Shown here: positions 1 to 14,659 of the stretch, in pieces
Numbering within the stretch: position 1 is the stretch's first letter
Layout: each line of letters starts with the position of its first letter
NCBI GenBank assembly: GCA_951406725.2
Contig: OX597820.1
Coordinates: 95,790,001 to 95,854,000, forward strand
DNA from: Octopus vulgaris
Lineage: Eukaryota
Direction: 5' to 3'
Length of the DNA: 64,000 nucleotides
Notes under the pieces: model-generated
What the model saw: only the letters and a program-made list of their open reading frames with translations
Database searches by the model: none
Told to the model about the DNA's origin: nothing
Translations under genes and position numbers: made by a program

Positions 1-357
1 AAGCTTTTTCACCAATGGGATCCAAGCACTGTAGCTCCATGAGAGTTTATTGGTCAGCCTATGGACTTATACCTATAACGACCAATATAGTACTTAGTCT
101 AAAGGTGCGGTAGACATGATGGGACATTGAAATAAATGTCAGACAATATTTGTAATCTCAGTATTATAGAGTTTACCTTTTCCTTTTCGGAATCGATAAA
201 AGAATTAACAGTCATAACTTCAACAAAAGTAACCAACCCAACAGGGAGCTTCCAGGTGATCTCTTGACCTATTAGATGTTACAGTAATATATTCTCTAAT
301 TCCATTGTACCGTCTTCTAAAGGGAAGGGCTCATTGAATACACAATTAAAAAAAAAT

Positions 358-656
358 TATTCCTTCTCGAGCCATGCGTGGCTCATAAGGGCCGGTTTCC
401 CGGTTTCTTGGCATATAGGTTCCTCACCTGGACAGGACGCCGGTCCGTCGCAGGTGAGCTGCAAATTGCAGGAGGAAATAGTGAGAGAAAGTTGTGGCGA
501 AAGAGTCAGCAGAAGTTCGGCATTACCTTCTGCCGGAGCCGCGTGGAGCTTAGGTGTTTCACTCATAAACACACACATCGCCCGGTCTGAGATTCAAACC
601 CGCAATCCCTCGACCGCGTGTCCGCTGCTCTAACCACTAGGCCATGTGCCTCCACA
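358..656 (-). mobile_element. tRNA-derived SINE
   Basis: Minus strand begins GGAGGCACATGGCCTAGTGGTTAGAGCAGCGGAC...GGGTTTGAATCTCAGACC (Pol III A- and B-box-like head) followed by a GC-rich body in an AT-rich background. Confidence 0.75.
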
Positions 657-1840
657 TTGAATAAACATTCATTTCAATCAGTTCATATAAGTTAGGGACA
701 TATTGATTGACATGTGGAAAACCATTTTCACCAAAGTTTGGCATGGAAAAAATTGTCGCTTGAGGCAAAAAGTATAACACGCCCAATTCATTTTGGAGCG
801 CTCCTTATCTATTAATATTTCGAGCTTTTACAGTATTAGATACAAAGCGTGAATAACTCCGAAATAATAATTTATACAGTACTAGTCGTTTTGTGTTTTG
901 TTAGACTTGCGATGGAAATTGCTGACTCATATTAAATCCTTGGAAGGAATAGTAACACAGCTCTTTATAATATATTTCAATGTCCACAAAATGGTATGTT
1001 CATCATCGGAACGTCCTTGATTATAAGCTTGCTAAATCATGTTTGTACAGTAATGGTGGAAGTTAAACAAAATCGATAACAGTGTAAATAACGAAGCAAC
1101 ACATAATTGATTTCAGACATCCTCTATAAGTGTGCGGCTTTTTTGCTGGTGTTTACATTTCGTAGTGTTAGTAAATTCAGTGTTTCTTAAAACCCGCTAT
1201 AATAAGATTTACCTTACGTTTGAAACTGTCTTCAGATACGCACTGTAATGTGTTTATATTATTAATTAACATTTCCCGAAATTTACACAAATCAGACTGA
1301 CTAATTTCTTTCTGTTTGAATTTGTGCATACTATCAAGAGCTGTATGTTACTATCCCTTCCGATGACAGAATATGAGTCAGCGATCTCCCAATGAGAGTT
1401 TTACAAATTCCCAAACTAACGGATCGATTTATTGTTCTGCAAAAATTAACATGCAAGATATAATGTAGTGAAATATATATTATAACGGATTGATTTCTCA
1501 TCCAACTTAACGTGTCTTATTTTCTAAGGCAGCCGAAAGTGTAAATGCACAAACAATTATGTCCCCATATCATAGTAGTTCGGAAAACGAGACTGATAGA
1601 ATAAGTACTAGGCTTTAAAAAGAAATAAATCCCAGGCCGCAGTCATATGATTGAAACAGGTAAAATAAGAAAAAAAAGAACACACACACACACACACATA
1701 CATAGATACAATTTGGATTCAGACCTTGTAGTTTTCTTTATTGGTTACCAGGTGTAGTTTTACAACAAAAACCGATAGTATTACTGAAGATACATAGGAT
1801 AAGACCATGAATATCCGAAGCGTATATATATATATATTAA

Positions 1841-2318
1841 GTGTAAACAAGAGAGATTGGATTGAGCAAATACGCTTTTTTGCTTATACAAATTTTCTTC
1901 ACTCCCAGCAGACAGTTGACGAAATATTACAAAATATATTAAAAACATTAAACATTGTATTGATATTATTTCAGCAACACTGAGAAGCGAAGTCCACTTA
2001 TGCGTAAACGCAAAAACCATATCCCATAGAATATGTACTTCACGTTGATTCTATTAGAATTACTTCATTAGCATAACACAATAAAAAAAAAACGATCATT
2101 ATATCGTTAACAGTTCAGCTGGTCAAGAAAATGGGAAATGAAGAAACAGTCTTCAATCGTCAGTGTTGCTGAAATAATCCTGATGTAATGTAATATATTT
2201 AATGTGTTCAATATATTATATAATAATATTTTGGTAAACATCTGTAAAGTGGAAACGAAACAGTTGTAATATTATGCAAAAAAGCGCATTCGCTCAATCT
2301 AGTCTCTCTTGTTTACAC
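1841..2318. repeat. Diverged long inverted repeat (foldback element) between TA/CA microsatellites
   Basis: 1841-1983 (GTGTAAACAAGAGAGA...TTTCAGCAACACTGA) is the imperfect reverse complement of 2160-2318 (TCAGTGTTGCTGAAA...TCTCTCTTGTTTACAC). Confidence 0.8.
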
Positions 2319-2331
2319 ACGCACACATACT

Positions 2332-2394
<63 letters not shown>

Positions 2395-2698
2395 ATATGT
2401 AGGTATGTATATATAAGCAAATATTCGATTGTATATCTGCACATTCTACTCATTATTTGCAATAAGACGTTGTTCTATAAATGTAAACACTTCATTATTT
2501 TTCTCGTCTTTTTTTTACCACTTGTATATTTTCCCGTATTTTTCTCTAAATCAAATACTTCTTCAATTCAATTTATTTCATTTTCCAGTACCTCCTACTC
2601 ACTATGTCATATACGAATTTCTGTCTCTTCGTATGTCTTTCATTTTCTCCATCGTTCACTCATTTTATATACTGCTAACCTTATCACATTTCTTCTTT

Positions 2699-2741
<43 letters not shown>

Positions 2742-3279
2742 GCTCTCTGTCCTCATTGTAGAAATTTATGTATGTTTCAATTTTGTATCTTTCCTCACAC
2801 TTGCTCCATCTCTTCCTCTCACACTTATTTCTCACCCATTCTCATGTTTACTTATGTCTTACAAGCCACGGAACTCCCACAGTCAATATTTCACTTATGT
2901 ATTTGTTTAATCTCCTATTTTATAATACTTCTCTCTTACTCTCTCTCTCTCTTCTCTCTCTCACTTACTCTCTCTCTCTCTCTCTCTTCTCTCTCTCACT
3001 TACTCACAAGGAAGAAAAGGAAACTTTCGTAAAATATTGACAAATAAATGTGGTATCGTTATAAAAAAAAACCTAGTTAGAAAAAAGTTATACATTACTT
3101 AATGTATTCCCAATATAAGCTCTAGTAAAGAGACAAAATACTGGTATATTTTGTTAAAAAAGAAACATCTTTAGAAAAACGTAAACTATGCATTATATGA
3201 TTTATATCCTAGGTCAACTCAAGTAAAGAATTATAACGTTGGTATCTGATATATTATAAAATTTACTGTGTGTGTGTGT

Positions 3280-4323
3280 GTGTGTTTCCTTTATGCACGG
3301 ATCAATCTGTACCAAATTTGGCGCGAAGGTTTTTCATTAGTTGGGGAAGGTTCGGGGGGTCTCTAACTTTGGCCCTTGCCTATATAGGGGGCTATAGCTC
3401 CCACTATACGGCCCATTCGTTTTTTTTCAGCGGTATATTACCAAATTTGGCATGAAGATTTTATATTACTCGGGGAAGGGCCTTATAGGACCCTTGCGAC
3501 TTTTTCCAGCGGAATAATATTGTTTAACTTTTGATAACGCTATAGTATTGTTTCACTAATATTCTTTCATTAATTGCTCTACTTTTATTCTTTCACTTTT
3601 GATAAGACTATAATATTGTTTATACTATATACATACAACTGCTTAAAGAAATAGAGATTAATGTATATTTTTTTCTATGTTCATACATAATTTTTTGTTT
3701 ACAATATTGAAAGATACCACCAAAGATAAGTTGTAATCTCTCCAGAAACAATGATAAAGCAAGGATGGTTGTAAAAAACCAAAAGCGAGCGTCTCAAGAG
3801 AGAAAGGAGATGGGAATTTCTCAAGATCAGCAAACGCATGCTGCAGCACGTCAAATGGAGTCTCAAGGTAAAAGGGAGATTAGACTTTCACAAGATCAGT
3901 AAATGCATGCTGCAGAACGTCAAATTCAATCTCAAGAAAGAAGCGAAATGGGACTTTCTCAAACTCAGCAAAGGGATACTGCCGCACGTTAGATGGAGTC
4001 TCAATACAGAAGGGAGATGAGACTTTCCCAAAATCAGCAAATGCATGCTGCAGCATGTCAAATGGAGTCTCAAGAAGTGAGACGATACTTTTCCAAAATC
4101 TCCAAATGAAACTAATGACATGCATTGCTCAGGTGGTAATGTAAGATTGCTAATACTACCAGCTCCTTCTTAACTTCTTATAGATCTTCTGGAAGGCATT
4201 TCCTTCCAGTGAAAGGATTTTCTGAAAAATATCAGACAATACTAATCTGCATTTCATATAACATGGTTTGGTGCATCTGAGGAGATAGTCGAACGTGGAT
4301 TTACGCCAACGTTCAAAGTTCAA
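3280..4323 (+). mobile_element. Helitron remnant (Rep/helicase N-terminus, pseudogenised)
   Basis: 63-bp (21-aa) repeats at ~3790-4080 (HAAARQMESQ-like), then HCSGGNVRL..PAP..LL.G...FLKNIRQY*SAFHITWFGA...GFTPTFKVQ, which matches the Helitron RepHel N-terminal motif FLxNIRxYNSxFxMTSFG; in-frame stops are present. Confidence 0.75.
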
Positions 4324-4937
4324 TTTCGCACTTCGGCCAAAGAATTTAGCATTTATATCATTCAAATTAAAATGCCAGTCGAGAGCACTGAAATTAGTCG
4401 GAATGCGAGAAAGCGTATTTTCGAGCTTTCGAATATGTTTCGGAACAATCTATTTAATACTTCGAGCAATCAAATTAGCACGACAGCTGCTTTGGTTTTA
4501 TCTCATGATCATTGTTATCACAATCATGTGCTTTCATCCATTGTTTATGCTTTAAGCACGTTATCATGTCTATGTCTTTTCTATGTATTCTTTTATTTTT
4601 GCATAGGTACAGGTATTTATTGTTAAAGATTGCATGAAACTGCATTCCAGCCTTTTCAATCTTTTTAAAGAAAATCGCAATTACAACAAATGCTCATTTT
4701 CTTCGATTTTGAATACATTATGTTGTGATATGTATTCTTCCTTTGCATAATATGACATGTTGGGAAAGTATATATTTCTTTGATTTTGCATTTTTCTTTC
4801 ATTAGGGAAAGGGGGCTGTCTACACTAAGATAATTATTGATTTATAGTCTTGATAAGGATAGTTCGTTTGAGAGGATTTAGCCATCTATTTTCTAGTGAC
4901 CGGGACATCTCGGTAGGTAGGTCTGGGTGTTTCTATA

Positions 4938-5545
4938 CTAACGAACACAATTTTCTGGGGTGATAACGTCGACGTTACGGCTTGTGACCTGTTGTATGAC
5001 ATGTGCTCGCCGTTCTTCCATGGTCAAGCCGGCTTCTTCTGCAGCTGCCCGGTCGCTAACCTTTTGTTGCAAGTCAGCTCGAGGGGAATCCCACTTGACA
5101 GCCACATTAAAGGCATAATGCGCTATTTCCGAACAATTAAGAAACGGCGAGTAGGGAGGCAGGAGTTTCAGACTGATCTGTGGTTCGGCGTCAGCTGGGA
5201 GCTCGGCGTGAATGTGTGGTCCCGCGTTGTCGTAGACTCCCTCTTTCATGAAACAATGTGCGTACTCATAACGCTTTTCCCGAGTTCTTGGAGTATTTCT
5301 TGCATGTGGTCGTCTTCGGGCAACTTCATAGTTATCAACATCCCATCTAGAGCCCATGAGATTGCAGACGCGGAATCAGGCAGCTTTCCGGGAAATGCTG
5401 CCTCTAAGTCCCTCTTTATCTGTTGAAGGGTTGCGAGTGAATTGGCATCAATAATCACCTGAACTACTCCTTTTAATGTCAAGTGTGTCGGCCAGTTGCA
5501 GGTAATCGGTTTGATGCCCCTCGAAGGCGTCAACCAGCTTTGCAC
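4938..5545 (-). pseudogene. Degenerate IS630/Tc1-type DDE transposase
   Basis: Frameshifted ORFs 5246-5545 (HTH-like TLQQIKRDLEAAFP) and 4938-5357 (DNAxxH...LPPYSPFLNxxE). Confidence 0.7.
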
Positions 5546-5661
5546 TATCTTCGTCTGATATACGCATGTACCTTACGCGTGGCTCCATGACTACAAGTTA
5601 GCGTAAGAGAAAGGGATATGAAATGCAACTGATACCGACCGGTTACGAATGTTTCAAGACT

Positions 5662-7190
5662 TTGATTTTTTTATTGCTAACAAAGGGCCAACACAGAGGG
5701 GACCAACACAGTCTAGTTTTTGGGGTCAGGCGGGGCAAATGCCAAAGCACTGAGATGCTTTTAATAATTTATAAAATTATAAAATCGAATGATGGACGAA
5801 CAAAAACACAAAACAAATGAGGAGGTGAAAGGGGTTTTTGCTCCGACCCGACGAGTCCCGTTCCACCACCGATACTCGTAATACGGCCCATGTCATATTC
5901 ACGCGGTTTCTTTCACACGCAACACTCATGCCACACGCATCCATCTGTCCTTGAACATTTTCTCCGACAGGCATATCCTCTCTAGCCCCGCTTTCCTTTA
6001 CAGGTGAAAAGCGAAATATCTCACCAACTCGGGATCAGACATGAAATTACCTGTCACTAATCCTTTCATTCGCGACTTCCATATCACCTCTCTCGGGATT
6101 GCTACTACCGCGAGAAAACAATTCTTACCTTCTTTCTTTAGAAAAACAGGTGGGTCAATTTTCTGAATTGACTCTAACGACAGCTGTACTCTCCTTGTAT
6201 CGAACAAAAGGTGTTCTGCATAAGCCCACACTTCTGACACCTCCGGACACTGGACAATAGGGTGCAGGACGGTTTCCGTCTCCTGCTCGCATCTTGGACA
6301 AGCCGATGGGCCGGGATGATCGTGTCTAGTATGCTTGTCACGAACGGGTAAGGTAACATTGCCAAGCCAGAGACTTTTGGCAGTCATCCAGTTTTTTAGG
6401 CTCGAATGTCCATTGGGAAAGACTGTGCAGTTGATTATCATCGGGAGCTTCTGGGTCACAAAAAAAAATTAACTGTTTCTCTGAAACCCGGTTTCTTTTA
6501 AACAGGACCAACACCACGCCTCCGCCTGCTCGATGGCCTAGAGAAATAAATTTCTCGTAACCGTCCAGGAGCAGATGTCTTGACCCCCTTAACCAGGCTT
6601 CAGTAGCAACAATTACATCAAAATTGCGTGTCCTAAAATTTAGGAAGTGACCTTGCTTCTAACTCGGCGTTAGACTATGTACATTTATGCAACCAGCATG
6701 AACAGCCATTAAGACTTACTTTAATTGGCGGTGGGAGTCTGAGGGGAGTCCGCCTCTTTTTCTTTCTCACTGTCTCGTGGGTTTAGAGTAAAATAACCAT
6801 CTGAAGAGGGCCTACATCATCCCTGTAATCATTCGGTAATATATCGTAATTTTTCTGATTTATGCAGTACACCGCAATATCATTTTTTACATTTTCCTCG
6901 ATCCGCTTGGGGGTCGAACTGACTACCAACAGGCTTACCAGTCTATCGTTCGAACTCCGCACCGCCATATAATAATCGCGTTGTTTTTCTACTGAAGGCA
7001 TTTTAGATTTTTTTAGATTTCTCTCCTCAGTTTTCACTGGGGAGTTGGTTTAACTTTTCTTTATTCATCATAGAGCAATCTTCCCCTTAGTGCTCTCTGG
7101 TGTTGTTTTATTGCTCTCTCTGTAGCTCTACTGCCCTCTGGTGTTGCCGGTTCCTTTTCTGACTCTGTCGCTGCCTCCTCCTTCTTAGAA
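5662..7190 (-). mobile_element. L1/Tx1-clade non-LTR retrotransposon fragment, internally deleted, nested in the Tc1-like element
   Basis: ORF 5998-6459 has LPVRDK...CPRCEQETETVLHPIVQCP (zf-RVT C-terminus), homologous to 10091-10612; AATAAA-type 3' end near 5670; possible ORF1 remnant at 6783-7037 (low certainty). Confidence 0.65.
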
Positions 7191-8366
7191 AATTCTTGGG
7201 TATTCAAAGATTCCATGATAATCCAAGACGGCCAAACAACGTAAGAATAAAATTTTCAAAATTTGTTGGCTTCAACGCCACACAGCAAAAATATTTTAAC
7301 AGCAGTAATAATAATTCCCTCTTGCGCGGAGGAATCAAAAACAAATTGCTTTCAAAAAGCAATAACAGTCTCTTCAACAATCATAAATAACAAACAATTC
7401 AACAATCATCAAAAACGCACACCTCCAAATATACTGCCAAGTAAGTAAGACCAAAGAACATAATGTTGCAGTAGAAAAAAAAACCCTTCGTGGACAGAAG
7501 AATCACGTAATTTATTTCTTCCTTGTAGCTATAACAACATAATAAAATTTGCATGACAAAACATGACATTTAAATTTGTCATTTTTAACATACACATTCT
7601 TAGAATGTGAGTAAAAATGCACATGTAAAATTAGTGCTAAATTGAATAAACTTATTCAGAACGCGAATGCTCACGTCCAAATTTGACGCTTCCTCGCATT
7701 CCGACGGGTATTTTAATTTGAACGATGTAAATACTAAATTCTTTGACCGAATAGCGAAATTGAATGATCGAAAAACGAATTTGAATGGCTAACTTCATGG
7801 CGCTAATTTCTTTTGTTACTTTGAATGACCCCATTATCAAACTGAATGACAAACGAATGAAATTTACTGCAAAATCCTATATTAAAATCAAACAAAGATA
7901 TAATACATTTTGCAATAAAACTGTATACAATATATATTTGGTTGCTATTTCGAGGTAATAAATTATTAATTGCTTTCATCCTATAATAACCAGCGAAGCA
8001 TAGAAAGACTTTATACAATATAAATGTAAAATTAGCTGTATACACATTTTCATAAAGTGTGCAGCGAAGACCAGTTCTATTATCAACTTTGTCGTACATC
8101 ATATGACGTTAGAGTAATTTTCTTTTAATAATAATATTGTATGCTGCTAAATATCAACAAATTTTACAGCGAATTTATCATGTAGCTACCGACAATAATC
8201 GATTGCGTATTCTCCGCATCAGAAACAGCGAGATAGCGTCTATGACCAGGTTGTAGAAATACGATAAGTGGGAGTAAGATAATATTTTCCGTAAATTTAC
8301 AAATAGAGGCGCAGGTAAAATTAGGTATAGAGTTGCTTGGATCAAGCATTCGCTTGAGGTCCTCAG

Positions 8367-8410
<44 letters not shown>

Positions 8411-9960
8411 ACAGGACTTTCATCGAACTAGAACTCCTCCGCAGATCCCTTAGTTGACTTATGAACGGCTTAGATTTAACGCTATTAGAAAAGAAAAACC
8501 AAAATGAATATTATGATATAGGTGTGTTCGTAATGGCTACCAGTATACTACAAATACATATATTCAAACACACACACACACATACACACACACATATAAA
8601 AACACAAATATCCTCTTTTACGTCTGAGGCATTGAATTTTGACTATAATGACGTACTCTTAGCAGAATACGTCGTAGGATCGAACGAATCGATTCTAAAA
8701 TGTATTTCTAAGTCTGGTATTTATTTCATTGATCGCTTTTGCCAAACCGCTACATTACGGAGACTTAAACAAACCAACGCCCGTTGTCAGGTGGCTAGGG
8801 AAGAAAATGCAAAACAAAGATTCACAATACCTACCTAACGGCCTACCTATCTGCCTACCTACTAAGCGACCTACTTATCTATCTACATACATAGATACAT
8901 ACAAATATATACTGCTTTTTAAAATTTCTATAAGGTTCAACTTGATACTAATTTTCTTCCACTCTCGATGTTTTCTTACCGTTCCTTTGTTTTTGGGCCC
9001 TTACCTGCTCGCTTTCACACTAATTAATTTCCTCGCTCAAAATTCGCCTCCTCACCTCCACCAAGATGTGAACTTATACCAAAATGTTCACTTCTGTTCT
9101 GTTTGCAATTTTATCCTCTCCTACTTCCATACAAGACCTTAGTCTCTTTTTTCCTTTCGCTCTACTACACGGTGAGTGTTGTTTTCCCCGTATCTCATCG
9201 AAAGATTACCACATGTTATTCTGTATACAGATTTATTCATGCATATTATGTGCTTATTTATATTTTCACCTCAATTATTAATTGGTTAACAGTTTCGGTC
9301 CGTAGTTTTCTGTTCCATGTTTGTCCATCACCTCGCTGGCGAAACTAGTTGTGCAACGGAATGTAAAGTCTTTAGACTTTAAACATGATAAAACTATAGT
9401 GAATCTGGTCTTCGTGGCCGATGAGAGGATCTCCTCTTTATTTATCCTTTTTCACTAATTGCTTACAGATTCACTTTCGATTTTTCTTCACACACACACA
9501 CACACACATGTACAAACACATGCATTACAGAATTCAACAGTTTATATTTGCTAACTTAATTCACATTTATATATAGGACGAAGGTATCGCGGAAGGAACT
9601 GACACGAGATCACATGGTAAATTCATTGCCGCTAAAGCTCAATGTGTGTGTGTGTGTGTGTTTGTTTTCAACAGAGATACGAACCAGTACTAAAGCCAAC
9701 TTGAATATTTCCCAGTAGCTTCATCACAACTGAGCATACAAAGTAGGTCAAACGTGTAATTAAAGAAAGAAAGAAAGAATGGAGTGACACACACCTGTGA
9801 TTAGTGCAGAAATGCGGAATAAACAATGAATTAATCAATGCAATGATCATTAATATATAATGTCACCAATTACTAGTTGAATAAATTGGAATGGCAGCCA
9901 TGTTTGAAGTCCTGGAGGAAAGTACAAACTATCTAGAAGAGATGAGTTTTAAATTTGATT

Positions 9961-11280
<1,320 letters not shown>

Positions 11281-12604
11281 TGAAAAGACATATACGTAAA
11301 CACACATGTATTCATATACATTTTATATACGTCTAGTGAACCAAATTATTGCAGCAAACAGTAAAGGTGTATATATATATAAGTATGTATGCAAGTATCT
11401 AAGTACGTACGTATGTTTATACCAATATAGTAGTAAACCTTCAGTTCTAACCATGAACCGCCAACTTTGGCTTTTACGTGCAAGTGTACTTGAAGAAAAA
11501 AGTTAATAATCTTTAAAACGAGTAATTTATTCATACGTCTGGCACAAGACAATACAATTGACAAAAGAATAGTCCACTTGATAAATGTCAAATAAATGAA
11601 CATATTCACCTTCTGTGTAGAGTCATACAACACTCCACCTAACATGTTCACATCCAGCAAAATCACAACAATACGTATATGTATACGTAAATGTATATGT
11701 AATTATGCATATATGTGTGTGTATGTGTGTGAGAGTTTCTATATAAATACATGCATCCATGGGCATACATATGTACACGCATGAATATATGGTTATGTAT
11801 GAATATATATATACACATACGTATGTATAGCTTATTATTAGGTGATAAATTCTACCCTAGATTTATGATGTAGTTACTGATTCTTGTCAGTATTTATGAG
11901 AGATGTGAATTAAACAGCAGACACCATTATTTAATATACAATGTCACAAATGATTGGATGAATTGTTTGATATGACAGCGTCATTTACAATCCTATTAAG
12001 GTTACGTTGAAAAATTCATTTATGCACACGCATACACCGGTGTGAGTCAGTATGTGCTTGTGAGTCTATATATATATATATATATATATATTTAAATATA
12101 TATATGAGTGTATCATTGTCTATAACAATATCAGTGGCTTAGCATTCGTAAAAACTCATAACGCTTAAAATATATATAATATATATTTCTCATACGGTGA
12201 GAGAACAAATTTACTATAAATTAGTTAAATTATAATTTAGGCAGTTTAATTTTATGTTGTGAAGATACCCATATTGTTTTTTATAAGCTAAGTATGGATT
12301 TATAGGGGTACAAAAATTTAAGTTTGTCTAAAGGCAATTATAAAGTAGTAAATGTTTGGGTAGGGTAGAAACACCATAGAAAAGGATATAAAATAGCTTA
12401 ATCACTAAAATCATGATGAAGTATATATACAACTTAGTAACTTCAATAGAGAAGATTTATAGAAAATATCTAATAATTCAAGTATTTAAAATTAAAAATT
12501 GCTTATTTGCCTAATTAGCTTGTGTCTATAATCACTGATACCCAGCATTAACTAAAGGAAAAATTAATGCTGTAGGGCATTAATTTTCTATAAATCTTCC
12601 CTAG

Positions 12605-12749
12605 GGAGCGAACCCCTATCATCATCCAGCAGGTAACAGGATTGGTCTGGCAGACAGGTGTTCACGACTGAGGATGAGCAAAATAGCTCGAAACTGAACC
12701 ATCCTCGCTATCCTGTTACCTGCTAGAGGGTAGTAGGGGTTCGCTCTCC
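12605..12749 (+). ncRNA. Foldback hairpin with a degenerate hammerhead-like core in the spacer
   Basis: Arms GGAGCGAACCCCTA..AGCAGGTAACAGGAT / ATCCTGTTACCTGCT..TAGGGGTTCGCTCTCC; the spacer has CTGAGGA-T-GAGC-AAAATA-GCTC-GAAAC (12668-12694); the cleavage triplet is not clean. Confidence 0.55.
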
Positions 12750-12924
12750 ATGCTAGCAATATACATTGTATATAAAGAGTGTAGCGTCGCACCGATAACC
12801 AGCTGGCGAAGATCTGACAGGGGTTAAACTAGTAGTAACATGGAACAACCACTTTGATATTCGCCATGATAGATCGCTAGCCACTACACATTCTTTATTT
12901 TCTCTCCTTGTTTCTTTCGGTGTT

Positions 12925-12962
12925 CCTTTCTGTGGAAGAGCGTAGGCTCGATACGTTAAATA
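12925..12962 (+). ncRNA. Degenerate minimal hammerhead (Penelope pLTR-type)
   Basis: CTTT-CTGTGGA-A-GAGC-GTAG-GCTC-GATAC-GTT-AAA; the core carries mutations; same layout as 49301-49335. Confidence 0.5.
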
Positions 12963-13081
12963 CTCTTTCACTTCCCGAGCGTTAAACTAATACATCTGCT
13001 TGTTATCTACACCACCTGTCTTCGTCTTTCGTTGTTCTTTTTTTAAATTCTCTCTCTCACTATACACACACACACACACCT

Positions 13082-13129
<48 letters not shown>

Positions 13130-14238
13130 GCTTATGTGTGAAGGCGTTCATGTGAGCATATGTGTGTGAATGCCTTGGCGTGTGTGAGTATATGTATGTG
13201 TATATGTAAGTGAGTGGATGTATGTGTGTATATGTACATGTATATGTGTATGTGTGTGTGTGTGGGTCTGTATGTGTGTGAATACATGCATTTGAACTTA
13301 AGTATATTTTTCCATTCGAAGCATAGTTGCTATTTGTCTATGGAGTAGGACCCAATAACCCTAAGATCATGATTCACTTATACTATTGTATTCTTGTATA
13401 TATGTGTTATTCATATTTTCCTGCTTACTTTCCAAGAATAGAAAGTAGGTGGCTCTATCTATCTTCCATATTTAGGTGTATTTCTTTTTCAAATGACCAT
13501 TATAAATCATTTCCTGTCTCATTGTTTCTGTTTCCATCTGCTTCTCTTTCTCTCTCTCTTTGCACTATTTTCTCTTCTTTCTCCCTGTCTCTTTATATCT
13601 CTCTCTCTATTTTAGGGTGTATTATTTCTCATTTTTCAAATACTTTTCATTTATATACCTTTACTATTTTATCCTTTTACCCTAGTCTATTATAGTTTCC
13701 CTTTCTTTTTCTTTCTTTCCTTCCTTCCTTCCTTCCTTCCTTCCTTTCATTCTCTCTTTCTATAATTTCAAACATTTTCTCTCTATATCTTTCTTCTCCT
13801 TTCATCTTTCTCTTGTTTCCTTATATTTCTCCATGTCGTTTGCTTTTTGTCTATCTCAACACACTTATAAAAAATCTTCTCATCTGTCAATTTTTAGATA
13901 TTAGATCTCTGTAAAGCAATGCAATAATGTAGTGCTCTGATGATCCGTTGTGGTTAAGCATCCAATTGTAATTAGAACTTCCATTTCTGTCCTTCCAAAC
14001 AACCACAACGGTGAAACGTAAGTAGGAAACAAATAATGTATACTCATGTGTATCACAATTTCTCCTACATTTGCTATGTATATCCTAATTAGTGACACTA
14101 TTAAGAATAGTGGTAACTACATCACTATTTTGGAAGCAGACTGTATGGTGAATATTTGGAGCTTTATAGCACAGAACTAGCAGTAATTTCCCTCTCAGAT
14201 CCAGTGTAACCTGATTTCTCTGTTGATAAACAGTTTAC

Positions 14239-14310
14239 TATTATAGTCAGTTCCATGAAATTCTGAAACGCTTTATCGTAGCAGTTCTAATTTGGATGGA
14301 AACTAGTCGA
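14239..14310 (-). pseudogene. Probable decayed 72-bp LRR pseudo-exon
   Basis: Exactly 72 bp between CAA (dead acceptor) and GTAAAC; with one frameshift it reads RLVSIQIRTAxDKAFQNFMELTI, fitting LxxNxIxxIxxxAFxxLxxL. Confidence 0.4.
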
Positions 14311-14659
14311 TTGACAATTTATCACATCACATGGCATGCTTAATTTTAAACCTGATATGTAATAACCTCTTGCTCTCTCTCTCTGTGCTTTCTTCTCTCC
14401 CCTTCTTTCTCTCTCTCTCTCTCTGCCTTCTTCTCTCCCCCTCTCTCTCTCTTGCCATTGGCACACAAACTCACATACATACATACACACATACATACGT
14501 GTGTGTATGTGTGTGTATGTACGCGCGCGCCGCTCGCTTACTTTTGCTAATAAATACACACACACACACACACACACGTACACATACACACGCATACATA
14601 AATATGTATATAGGATGCGGTGAATAAACTGAATTACGCATGAATGATAATAACACTGA

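Larger units (their letters stand above)
4319..7869 (-). mobile_element. IS630/Tc1-mariner superfamily DNA transposon with long TIRs, left end truncated
   Basis: 4319-~4480 is the reverse complement of ~7630-7763; the right end reads CAGTAAATTTCATTCG on the minus strand (ends 7869); internal minus-strand ORF 4938-5357 has DNAGPH...LLPPYSPFLNCSE (DDE domain). Confidence 0.7.

Noticed and set aside
1213-1242. Possible 30-bp minus-strand micro-exon (cag|TGCGTATCT...AAG|gtaaat)
   Set aside because: Splice-like signals only; no coding support.
3790-4080. CRISPR-like regularly spaced repeat
   Set aside because: Whole 63-bp units are homologous with no unique spacers; coding repeat of a Helitron in eukaryotic DNA.
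8320-8368. Minus-strand CTGAGGA plus TCAAGC/GCTTGA hairpin beside (TA)n
   Set aside because: No GAAA or cleavage triplet; too decayed to call a hammerhead.
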